NCBI GenBank assembly: GCA_038888155.1
Contig: JAWAJB010000010.1
Coordinates: 1-22,378 of the forward strand
Length of the DNA: 22,378 bases
Origin: Desulfurococcaceae archaeon
GTDB lineage: Archaea; Thermoproteota; Thermoprotei_A; Sulfolobales; Desulfurococcaceae
Reading direction: 5' to 3'
Below the pieces are notes generated by a model. The model saw only the letters and a list, made by a program, of their open reading frames with translations. It did no database searches and was not told the DNA's origin. Shown piece by piece: positions 1 to 7,794 of the stretch; position 1 is the first letter of the stretch; each line of letters starts with the position of its first letter. The position numbers and the translations under genes are program-made.

Positions 1-812
1 TTCTCCTTCAAGAACTTTAGGGTCTTCCTAACATCCTCCAGGGAGATCTGGTAGGGTCTTACGTCTAGCTTGTAGCTCCTGCTTGGCACTACCTCCATTA
101 TCCAGCCGAAGGTTTCTGGGGGGATTCTTCTCTTATGGTATAGGTACTGTACGTAGTGTCTGAACACGTTCCTAAGCCATTTGTTCTGATGTCTGACAAT
201 GTAGTCTATTAGTTCTTCGGAGAGTTCTTTTCCTTCTAGGTATCTCTTGAAGAGGTTTCTGTAGTACTTTACGGTCTCTGGGTCTCTCACCTTTCTACGC
301 TTCTTACGTTCCACAAGAAAGTTTTCGAAGTCTTCACTCCACTCAAGCTTTATACCTGTGAAGCTTATTCCGAGCATTTTCCTAATATCTTCCCTAAACT
401 CTTGAATAACAAACCTCAGTACAGCGTTCTTAAGATATTCATCGCTCCTAGCTATGGATAGTATTTCCAAGACAAGACTGTAGTCTACAGTTCCATCGTC
501 TCTCATTATGCCGAGGGATCTGAGTCTGTTCTTCGCTGATACTAGACTCTCAAATTCTGTCTGTTTGAGGAGCTTGAGGAGTGGGGCTATGTACTCTGGG
601 TCTACCGGGGATACCCGGTTTAGCAATCTCCACAGTGTCACGCGGCTAATACCCGCTTCCTCCATTACCTTCTTCCTCCCGTATTTCTCGACTAAATAGG
701 AGAGAATCTTGTAGCGTGAGTCTTCATCAATCTTTGATGCATTTATCCTATTCTACCATTCAGAACTACCATCACTCAAAGCTATCACGCCTGATGTTTC
801 AGCCTGCACCAT
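1..812 (-). CDS. int: pNOB8-type (crenarchaeal plasmid) tyrosine integrase with N-terminal HTH; 3'-truncated by the window edge; in-frame TAG at 755-753 (possible pseudogene, or a start further downstream)
   Basis: Not in the ORF track; translated by hand. The frame is open from 752 to the window start: NRINASKIDEDSRYKILSYLVEKYGRKKVMEEAGISRVTLWRLLN (HTH-like) ...EWSEDFENFLVERKKRRKVRDPETVKYYRNLFKRYLEGKELSEELIDYIVRHQNKWLRNVFRHYVQYLY... (core-binding/SAM-like domain). This resembles Sulfolobales/Desulfurococcales plasmid integrases, and it lies directly downstream of a tRNA. ATG at 812 is in frame but separated by TAG; the next in-frame ATG is at 665. The catalytic R-H-R-Y residues are outside the window. 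Confidence 0.8.
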
Positions 813-848
813 AAAACTGAAACATTAGGAAAGTTAATAAGCTTTCTT
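790..848 (-). promoter_or_regulatory. Integrase promoter (BRE+TATA) with a 13-bp inverted repeat spanning the start
   Basis: The minus strand reads AAGAAAGC-TTATTAA (TATA at 840-834), about 22 nt before ATG 812, which fits a leaderless transcript. CCTGATGTTTCAG (790-802) and CTGAAACATTAGG (817-829) are inverted with 12/13 matches and a 14-nt spacer. Confidence 0.6.
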
Positions 849-869
849 ACTTGAGTTATTGAAAAGTGA

Positions 870-944
870 CGGGCCCGCCGGGATTTGAACCCGGGACCTC
901 CGGCTCCGGAGGCCGGCGCCCTGTCCTAGCTAGGCTACGGGCCC
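870..944 (-). tRNA. tRNA-Arg: tRNA-Arg (anticodon CCG), intronless, CCA not encoded
   Basis: Reverse complement GGGCCCGTAGCCTAGCTAGGACAGGGCGCCGGCCTCCGGAGCCGGAGGTCCCGGGTTCAAATCCCGGCGGGCCCG. Acceptor stem GGGCCCG/CGGGCCC, anticodon arm CCGGC-CTCCGGA-GCCGG, T-loop TTCAAAT, discriminator G followed by TCA. Confidence 0.97.
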
Positions 945-985
945 CATAAAATATCATTACATCTCAATCTTTTTAGCTATCTACT

Positions 986-1032
986 CAGTGTACATTGCCT
1001 TTGTAAATCTTAAATAATAACATTGTACATTG
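986..1032 (+). promoter_or_regulatory. Oxidoreductase promoter (TATA-like CTTAAATA at about 1009-1016) flanked by two CAnTGTACATTG near-palindromes
   Basis: CAGTGTACATTG at 986-997 and CATTGTACATTG at 1021-1032, 35 bp apart, on either side of the TATA-like element. Confidence 0.45.
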
Positions 1033-1051
1033 TAGTAACTGGGTAATTTCT

Positions 1052-2992
1052 ATGTTTGACGCACTATTTGAGCCATTCAGTATTCTAGATCAAGTAGTTC
1101 CCAACAGGTTAGTTATGCCGCCCATGGTGGTTGGATACGCTGGTCCTCGAGGCGAGGTCACCGAGCAACTGCTCAGTTATTATGAAGCTAGAGCTCGCGC
1201 GGGAGTTGGTCTCGTAATTGTTGAGGCCTCGTATATTCGCGAGGATGGAAAGTTAGTGCTTGGTGAGTTAGGCATATACAGCGACGACTTAATACCAGGA
1301 TTAACGAGGCTCGCAGATTTAATTAAAGCTAGCGGCGCGCTTGCTTCAATACAGATTGCTCACGGGGGAATACAAGCCAAAGTCGAGGAGCCGGTTGGGC
1401 CTTCACCCATAGGGAGAACTTTAGTTCCTCCAACTAGAACTCCCAGAGAGCTAGCCACTTGCGAGGTAGAGAAGTTAGTAGAAGATTTCGCTAGCGCAGC
1501 CTTGAGGGCTAAACTCGCGGGGTTCAACATGGTTGAAGTACACGGAACGCACGGGTACATTATAACGCAGTTCCTATCCCCTCTAACAAATAAGCGAAGC
1601 GACAAGTACGGTGCAGACAGGGCACTGTTTGCAATTGAAGTAGTTAAGAGGATTAAAGAGAAGTGCGGCAGATCTTACCCTGTGATATTCAGGCTAAACG
1701 CGGATGAACTTCAAGTTGGAGGAATAACGCTCGAGTACGCAAAGTATACAGCTAAAAGGCTCGTAGAGGAAGCAGGAGTGGATGCATTTGATGTGACAGG
1801 TGGGAACTACGATACTATGGACACAATATTGTTGCCCTACTTCTACTCAACGAACGAGGGCTGGTTCTTCAAGTACGCAGAAGAAGTAAGGAGAGCAACC
1901 AATGTTCCAGTTATAAGCGGCGGATTAATTACAGACCCTAGAGTTGCTGAAGAGGCAGTTAAGAAAGGCTCCGTTGACGCAGTGTTCATAGGTAGACAAC
2001 TAATAGCAGACCCAGATTGGCCCAAAAAAGTGAGAGAAGGGAGATTAGAGGAGATTAGGCCGTGTCAAGCGTGTAATGAGGGGTGCGTAGGAGGTAGGTT
2101 GTTTAAAGGTCAGCCAGTGTGGTGTAGCGTCAACCCCCTTGTAGGCTTTGAGTACAGGTGGCCGAGCGAACAGCATTTACCTAAGGCTCAAAAGAAAAGA
2201 AAAGTGCTTATTATAGGCGGGGGCCCTAGCGGGCTAGAAGCAGCCAGAACATTAAGTTTGCGGGGCCATGAGGTCATACTAGCCGAGGAGAGAGAGAAGT
2301 TAGGCGGGACATTAACGGTTGCCTGCACTCCTCACTTCAAGAAGAGGCTGTCCAAGCTAATCGCATGGTATGAAGACCAGCTTGTAAAGCTGGGGGTTAA
2401 GGTGTTGAAAGGCATAAGAGCAACACCAGATCTTATAAAGGAGATTAGTCCAGATGTAGTAATCATATCAACGGGCTCTAGGCCACAAGCCCTAAGGGTT
2501 CCGGGGGCAGAGCAAGCCCTTATAGCAGATGACGTGTTGGTGGGCAAATCAAAGGTAGGACAAAGAGTAATAGTTGTGGGAGGAGGACTAGTTGGCGTAG
2601 AGCTAGCTCTCTACCTCGCAAGCACGGGAAAAGAGGTAACTATAGTTGAAGCCTTACCGGAGATAGCTATAGATATCGAGCCAGTCTCTAGGATGTCGCT
2701 TATAAGACCTGGGGGATTGCTTGAAAAGCATAAAGTAAAGGTGCTCACTTCAACGATTGTCATAGGAATTGAGAAGGGAGGCGTAGAGGTTTTACAGCCA
2801 CCACAGAGAAGATTTCTAATAGAGGGTGATGCGGTCGTGTTAGCAGTAGGAAGGGAGCCTAACATAGACCAGGAGCTAGTTAAAACATCTAGAGAAGTAG
2901 GCAAGGAGGTGTACATAATAGGCGACGCCAAAGAACCTCGTAAGATCATCGACGCTGTGCATGAAGCCTTCTTCACTGCGCTCAGAATATAG
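1052..2992 (+). CDS. NADH:flavin oxidoreductase, Old Yellow Enzyme family with 4Fe-4S and FAD/NAD domains (2,4-dienoyl-CoA reductase/BaiCD/enoate reductase-like)
   Basis: NRLVMPPM, QIAHGG, EVHGTHGYIITQFLSPLTNKRSDKYG (OYE barrel); CQACNEGC...C-SVNP Fe-S motif; two Rossmann motifs IIGGGPSGLEAA and VVGGGLVGVE; 646 aa. Confidence 0.93.
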   Translation: MFDALFEPFSILDQVVPNRLVMPPMVVGYAGPRGEVTEQLLSYYEARARAGVGLVIVEASYIREDGKLVLGELGIYSDDLIPGLTRLADLIKASGALASIQIAHGGIQAKVEEPVGPSPIGRTLVPPTRTPRELATCEVEKLVEDFASAALRAKLAGFNMVEVHGTHGYIITQFLSPLTNKRSDKYGADRALFAIEVVKRIKEKCGRSYPVIFRLNADELQVGGITLEYAKYTAKRLVEEAGVDAFDVTGGNYDTMDTILLPYFYSTNEGWFFKYAEEVRRATNVPVISGGLITDPRVAEEAVKKGSVDAVFIGRQLIADPDWPKKVREGRLEEIRPCQACNEGCVGGRLFKGQPVWCSVNPLVGFEYRWPSEQHLPKAQKKRKVLIIGGGPSGLEAARTLSLRGHEVILAEEREKLGGTLTVACTPHFKKRLSKLIAWYEDQLVKLGVKVLKGIRATPDLIKEISPDVVIISTGSRPQALRVPGAEQALIADDVLVGKSKVGQRVIVVGGGLVGVELALYLASTGKEVTIVEALPEIAIDIEPVSRMSLIRPGGLLEKHKVKVLTSTIVIGIEKGGVEVLQPPQRRFLIEGDAVVLAVGREPNIDQELVKTSREVGKEVYIIGDAKEPRKIIDAVHEAFFTALRI

Positions 2993-3020
2993 TTTCTCAT
3001 TTTTCTTTTATTCATTTCTT
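2993..3020 (+). terminator. Oligo-T archaeal terminator
   Basis: T-rich tract TTTCTCATTTTTCTTTTATTCATTTCTT immediately after the stop codon. Confidence 0.55.
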
Positions 3021-3339
3021 CAACTCTCTATTGAATACAGGCTACACATAAGGAGCCTCAGAACCCATTTTCCTGAGGCTTAATTTATTGGGGCCCACAA
3101 CTCAGGCCAGTGAGTTGACTTTTACGCTTTAACACTTCTAACAGGGCTGCAATTTAGGTTGAAAGGACCAAAATACCGTGTGTGCAAACAAAAAGGGGTG
3201 TGGTGATCTATCAGTTAAATATGCGTATGGTCAGCAGGTAGCGATAATTTAAACTTTCTAGGCAAAAATCACTTGCAACATTCAAGGCGCTGTAAAGTCG
3301 CTGTTTATTAATCTCAGCGAGGTTAATTTTTACTTAAGT

Positions 3340-4338
3340 ATGGTGGGATACTTGATTGTAGATATTCACAACCACTTTTTCCCCCTAGAGTACTTAAAGA
3401 GCCTAAAGGAATACGGAAGGGGCATCTCAGTTTTCCGGGATGAGCTCGGCCGAATGATAGTTAGCTACAAAGGAGACTACAACATTATACTGGAGACTCA
3501 CGTCGACGCAATTGAGAGATTAAAGGTAATGGACAAGTTTAAAATTGATATGCAGGTTTTAACTTTAACTACACCAGGTGTAGATTTCGAGGAAATCGAC
3601 TTCAGCGTTAAATTATCGAGAATTGTTAACGACTCTTTCTCTGACATCACCGAGAAATACCCAGATCGATTTAAAGCACTAGCCGTCCTACCAATGCAGG
3701 CTCCTGACTTAGCTGTTGACGAGCTGAGAAGAGCAGTCAAGGATCTCGGGCTGAGCGGAGTTATAGTTTTCTCAAATATTAGAGGGAAGCCCTTAGACTA
3801 CAAAGAATTCATGCCAGTCTACCAAGAAGCTGAGAGGCTTGGCGCGCCTATATTTATTCACCCAACTTCGCCCATTAATATGAACTTCATGGAGGATTAC
3901 AGGCTAGTTCCCATGTTCGGCTTCACTGTAGACACAGGGCTAGCAGTTCTCAGGTTAATTCTAAGCGGAACACTAGAGACATACCCTTCTTTGAAAATAG
4001 TAGCGGCTCACTTAGGTGGAGTACTTCCTTATATAATTGGTAGAGCCGATAAGTGCTACAAGATGTACCCTGAGTCGAAGCAAAATGCGAAGAACCCCCC
4101 ATCTTACTACTTGGGCAGAAACGTACACGTTGACTCTATTTGCTATGACGCGAGAATACTAAAGTTCGCAGTTGAGTTACTCGGCTACGAGAAAATCATG
4201 CTTGGAACAGACTACCCCCATCAAATAACTGATATCGAAGATGCTGTCGACAGAGTTACATCTTTAGGTATCTCGGCCCAGGAAAAAAAGTCTATACTTG
4301 GGTTAAATGCGTTGAAGTTGTTCAAAATAGAGAAGTAG
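3340..4338 (+). CDS. Amidohydrolase_2 family metal-dependent hydrolase/decarboxylase (ACMSD/LigW-like)
   Basis: DIHNH metal motif, PIFIHP, AAHLGG.LPY..GR, GTDYPH, LGLNALKLF. TATA-like TTTATTAA at 3304-3311. Confidence 0.9.
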   Translation: MVGYLIVDIHNHFFPLEYLKSLKEYGRGISVFRDELGRMIVSYKGDYNIILETHVDAIERLKVMDKFKIDMQVLTLTTPGVDFEEIDFSVKLSRIVNDSFSDITEKYPDRFKALAVLPMQAPDLAVDELRRAVKDLGLSGVIVFSNIRGKPLDYKEFMPVYQEAERLGAPIFIHPTSPINMNFMEDYRLVPMFGFTVDTGLAVLRLILSGTLETYPSLKIVAAHLGGVLPYIIGRADKCYKMYPESKQNAKNPPSYYLGRNVHVDSICYDARILKFAVELLGYEKIMLGTDYPHQITDIEDAVDRVTSLGISAQEKKSILGLNALKLFKIEK

Positions 4339-4464
4339 GAGGATAAAATAAACTGGACTGCTTCAAGAAAAAACTCAAAGTAAATTGGCTTGTCTGCTCC
4401 TCAGCTGGTGGGTTGTGGAACAATCCAAGTGATTTATTTTTACGTCCGCGTAGCCCATTGATGA

Positions 4465-4522
4465 GGTCAATGATGAGAGCATCCTAGTCGGATTTGGTGA
4501 AGATGGTTGCGGGGCTGAATCC
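4465..4522 (+). ncRNA. Archaeal box C/D 2'-O-methylation guide sRNA
   Basis: C box ATGATGA 4470-4476; 12-nt guide GAGCATCCTAGT; D' CGGA 4489-4492; 4-nt spacer; C' GTGAAGA 4497-4503; 11-nt guide TGGTTGCGGGG; D box CTGA 4515-4518. Canonical spacing, intergenic location, AT-rich TATA-like tract at about 4433-4441. Confidence 0.85.
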
Positions 4523-4599
4523 AGCAGAATTTTTACTCTGCTATTAGTTAACAGCCGCTTCGTTAGTAGGTTGGCTTGTAAAACGCGAGCAAGTACTGT

Positions 4600-5475
4600 T
4601 TAGCCTGGCTTCACTGCTATGTAGCCTAGAGCGCGCTCGCTGAAATAAGTCACGCGGAAACCTGCTTCATCCAACCTCTCTTTAATGCCCTTAATTAGGC
4701 TTATGTTGCTGTGCTTTAGGGGCTCGCCAGTATAGTGGAAAATGATCCCACGAGGGCGAGTTACGCGGAACAGCTCTCTGTAGAAATCAGAGCTGTATAA
4801 ATCCCCTGTGGATTTAGTGAAGCGGGGCGGGTCGTGGATAACTCTGTGAAAGTAATTGTTTGGAAGCGCTTTGACTAACTCTACAACGTTCCCTCTGAAG
4901 GTCTTTATAGCTTTACTACTCAATTTGTGGCTCCAAGGGTTCCTTGACGCGACCCATGTAACCCCCTCGTCAACTTCGAATGTGTATACCTCTCTTGCCC
5001 CCTTGAGAGTTGATGCAATTGCTGTGTAACCAAGACCTGTACACGTATCTAGAACAGTGCACCCCCTAAAGACTCTCGCTGCGTTCACCTTTGCTAGCGC
5101 GTCACTCCAGGGATCAGTTCCCACTATCCTGTGCATGTGAATACCGCTTACTTCAATAGTAGGAGCCTTATTCAAAGCCACAGCCTTTAGCTTGTAGATT
5201 CCCGCATTTGTGCGCTTAATTACCTCGTATGCAAAACCCTGTTCATCCAGTATGACAACTCTGTCCTCCTCCTTGGGGACAACGTAATCTAGGTTTATCT
5301 CTAGTTTATCTGCCTTTAAAACGCTCCCTTCGATGCAGACCTCCCTATAAGTTAATCCAAGGTCCAGCGTACACTTAAGGCACCCATTAGCCCCCATTAG
5401 GGCTTTAATTAAATAGGATGTAAACCAATAGCCGCGGATAGGTTCAAATTTATATGAATATGGTTTAATATTCAC
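4600..5475 (-). CDS. SAM-dependent methyltransferase, archaeal COG2521-like (probable RNA amino-methyltransferase)
   Basis: PTIEVSGIHMHR, VLDTCTGLGYTA (motif I), FEVD, NPWS, IHDPPRF (motif IV), LYS..FYRELFRV, HYTGEP. Overlaps the upstream gene by 11 nt (operon). Confidence 0.88.
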   Translation of the reverse strand: MNIKPYSYKFEPIRGYWFTSYLIKALMGANGCLKCTLDLGLTYREVCIEGSVLKADKLEINLDYVVPKEEDRVVILDEQGFAYEVIKRTNAGIYKLKAVALNKAPTIEVSGIHMHRIVGTDPWSDALAKVNAARVFRGCTVLDTCTGLGYTAIASTLKGAREVYTFEVDEGVTWVASRNPWSHKLSSKAIKTFRGNVVELVKALPNNYFHRVIHDPPRFTKSTGDLYSSDFYRELFRVTRPRGIIFHYTGEPLKHSNISLIKGIKERLDEAGFRVTYFSERALGYIAVKPG

Positions 5476-5869
5476 GCCTTTTCTGCCCTTTAAATTGGCA
5501 AGTAAGCGGGACGTACCTAGTTAGCTCAGCTGTCCCAGATAATTTCCTTCTCAAGCTTCTGATCTTTGAATAATCTCCTTCCACGAAAAGAACAGTTACT
5601 CTACCGCTTGTTAGAACCATAGAGCAGAAACCCTTAACAACTCTGCCGAACTCGCTGCTGTACAAATCCCTAGCTGGCACGTTCCCGCTGTATATTAATA
5701 GCCCCACGCAATTGTGTTCTTCCCTCTCGTGAAGGTCTTCGTGTAAGTACTCCTCTAGTGCCTTTGTTACAATAGTAGACCTATCGTGTCCAACCAATTC
5801 AGTTGCTCTATCGAGACAATCAGCCAGCTCGTTAGGAACGCTTATCCCGAACCTCCTTTTGCTGGTCAC
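5465..5869 (-). CDS. Ribbon-helix-helix (CopG/NikR-like) metal-responsive transcriptional regulator
   Basis: N-terminal RRFGISVPNELADCLD...DRSTIVTKALEEYL (NikR-type RHH), His/Cys linker HEDLHEREEHNC, C-terminal ACT-like segment VLFVEGD. Overlaps the permease stop by 4 nt. Confidence 0.85.
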   Translation of the reverse strand: MTSKRRFGISVPNELADCLDRATELVGHDRSTIVTKALEEYLHEDLHEREEHNCVGLLIYSGNVPARDLYSSEFGRVVKGFCSMVLTSGRVTVLFVEGDYSKIRSLRRKLSGTAELTRYVPLTCQFKGQKRREY

Positions 5870-6726
5870 TTATTACCCCCTATAAACTTAATAGCTAATA
5901 GAAGAATAAATAGCAAACCAGTTATACCAGTAGGAGAAGTGTCTAGCGCAAACGAGATCACGTATCCTAAAGCACTTAGCAAAGTGCCGAGGATCACCGT
6001 CATTAATATGTGCTCCTTCATGCTTTTCGCGTAGAGCGCAAAAACTACGGGGGGAAGTAAGAGGAACACGTGCTCCATTACGTAACCCGCCAACCTCAAC
6101 ATACCAACTGAAATTACCCCTATAATTGTGTACGCCAAAAAATCGTAGAGCTTAACTCTAACTCCTGTAAGCCTCGCCGAGAGATCGTCTATCCCTATCC
6201 CGATAATTTCTTGAATTGACAAATTTGAGAGAAAGATTATAGAGGCCGAGATAGCTGAAGCGAATAGGGACTCCTCTCTAGTTAGGAGGAGTGGATCGCC
6301 TAATATAAGGCTGTGAAGCGAGTACCTAATGGGCATCTTAGTTATAGTGTAGTGTATTATTAATACCGCTAGTGCTGACATGAGCGCTGCAACTGTAGCA
6401 GTTGCTTTCTCTGGGGGAATCCCTGCCTTAATGAGGTAACTCGTTGCATAAATTGTGAATAAGCCAATTGCTACCGAATAAGCCAAGTAATTAATGCCTG
6501 TTAAGAATTCCATAACGAGTCCAACAATCACAGAGAACAAGCTCGCGTGAACAGCCTCTGCCACTAGAAATTCTAGCCTCCTGTAGTAGACAATTACGCT
6601 AGCAGAGCTCATAGCCCCTCCCATTAGGATAAATGACACCATTAGAGAGAGCTCGCTGAGCGAGGAGGGGCAGAATGCGATAAAAATACACAGCGAAATT
6701 AGTAAGAGTGCAATAATCCGCCTCAA
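5866..6726 (-). CDS. znuB: Zn/Mn ABC transporter permease (ABC-3, ZnuB/MntB-like)
   Basis: Multiple TM segments; RRLEFLVAEAVHASL, LILGDPL, ARLTGVRV, TSPTG motifs. Confidence 0.88.
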   Translation of the reverse strand: MRRIIALLLISLCIFIAFCPSSLSELSLMVSFILMGGAMSSASVIVYYRRLEFLVAEAVHASLFSVIVGLVMEFLTGINYLAYSVAIGLFTIYATSYLIKAGIPPEKATATVAALMSALAVLIIHYTITKMPIRYSLHSLILGDPLLLTREESLFASAISASIIFLSNLSIQEIIGIGIDDLSARLTGVRVKLYDFLAYTIIGVISVGMLRLAGYVMEHVFLLLPPVVFALYAKSMKEHILMTVILGTLLSALGYVISFALDTSPTGITGLLFILLLAIKFIGGNK

Positions 6727-6731
6727 TTACT

Positions 6732-7739
6732 TCACCGCGCGGTTGTCCTTTTCGTGAAAGTTAAGCTAACTAAAACCCCTGCCACAAAAGATAAAGCCGC
6801 AATTGAAAACACTGGACTATTGGAAAATTCCAAGGGAGCCGTGCTATTTTTCTTAGGATAAGAAGTTGAGTTCAGCTTAGACGCTTTGTTTGAGACATCT
6901 AATAGGGTGTTGTATATACAAATATCAGTGCTAGGATCTGGTACCTCGATAATAGGCAAGTTGTAGCTCAACGCTAAATCCGCGAGAACTCTAGACTCGG
7001 GTGAACTGGAAGGCCACGTAATGAAAGCGGCTACAACGTTGCCCTCCTCAACTAGTTCTCGAAGCCTTCTTATGCTCTCTGGAGATACACTTCCACTTTC
7101 CTCTGGCTTAACAATCCAGACAACCTTTAGTCCTAGCCACTCTACAGCGTATTGAACGTGAGGTGCATCGACTAGGGCATTCCCGCTGAGATTTCCCCTG
7201 TAAATAAGCAGGTTTTCAAACACCTCTCTCGATACTTCGAGAAACCTCTCATAGTAGCAGCCAGCGCGCTCAGGGTCAATCTCAGCCAGTGTGAGCACAA
7301 CTTTTCGGATAAACACCAAGTAGTTGATTGGGTCCCTAATGGGCATGTGGATGTTAAGTTGATGGGTTACAGGGTTAGTTCTCAACATTATGCCACTAAC
7401 ATTAAGGGCGTCAATAAGCTTAGCTCTAATATACCCGCTCTCCGCAATTTCCCTGATTTTAAGCTCAGAGTATGCATGTCCCGTAGAGATAATCAAGTCA
7501 GCATGCTTTATTAGGTCAATATCGCTTGGCCTTAGCTGATAATCGTGGGGATCTAAGCCCGGGGGAATTAGCGAGTAGACTGGGCTCCCGCAGGCAACTC
7601 TCTCAATATCTCCCTTTAACGAGCTAAAGGTCACTAAAATCAGGGGGCTATCCCTCTCGGCTGTGGCCTGCACTAAAATCGCGTCGGCTAGGGAAAACGC
7701 GATTGCGAGGGCAATTAAACCCGCGATTGTCCCTCTCAC
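6732..7739 (-). CDS. znuA: Zn/Mn ABC transporter substrate-binding protein (ZnuA/TroA cluster A-I) with C-terminal membrane anchor
   Basis: Signal peptide; LIPPGLDPHDYQLRPSD; NIHM..DP; PHVQY; C-terminal hydrophobic helix with basic tail. Confidence 0.9.
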   Translation of the reverse strand: MRGTIAGLIALAIAFSLADAILVQATAERDSPLILVTFSSLKGDIERVACGSPVYSLIPPGLDPHDYQLRPSDIDLIKHADLIISTGHAYSELKIREIAESGYIRAKLIDALNVSGIMLRTNPVTHQLNIHMPIRDPINYLVFIRKVVLTLAEIDPERAGCYYERFLEVSREVFENLLIYRGNLSGNALVDAPHVQYAVEWLGLKVVWIVKPEESGSVSPESIRRLRELVEEGNVVAAFITWPSSSPESRVLADLALSYNLPIIEVPDPSTDICIYNTLLDVSNKASKLNSTSYPKKNSTAPLEFSNSPVFSIAALSFVAGVLVSLTFTKRTTAR

Positions 7740-7794
7740 TTTTTACACCATTGTGCATAGTTATATTAGGGAATTATAAACAAAGTGTGCACAG
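7740..7794. promoter_or_regulatory. Compact overlapping divergent promoters with paired TGTGCAyA boxes
   Basis: The 55-bp gap contains TTATATTA (7761-7768, + strand) and TTTATAA (7780-7774, - strand), flanked by TGTGCATA (7752-7759) and TGTGCACA (7786-7793). Confidence 0.55.

Larger units (their letters stand above)
1..869. mobile_element. End of a probable tRNA-Arg-integrated element (integrated plasmid/provirus or relic) extending left of the window
   Basis: Integrase gene immediately 3' of an intact tRNA gene, the typical layout of pNOB8-type integration. The second att (partial tRNA copy) is not in the window. Confidence 0.6.

Noticed and set aside
508-699. 63-aa + strand ORF
   Set aside because: Antisense shadow of the integrase frame.
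1360-3740. Minus-strand ORFs 1360-1605, 1843-2025, 2332-2547, 2611-3015 and 3498-3740
   Set aside because: Antisense to well-supported enzymes, with Ser/Thr-rich shadow composition and no motifs.
4477-4488. D' guide pairing with the D-loop (GCUAGGA, G18) of the tRNA-Arg in this window
   Set aside because: Only 6 Watson-Crick pairs plus one wobble, shorter than the roughly 9-12 bp normally needed.
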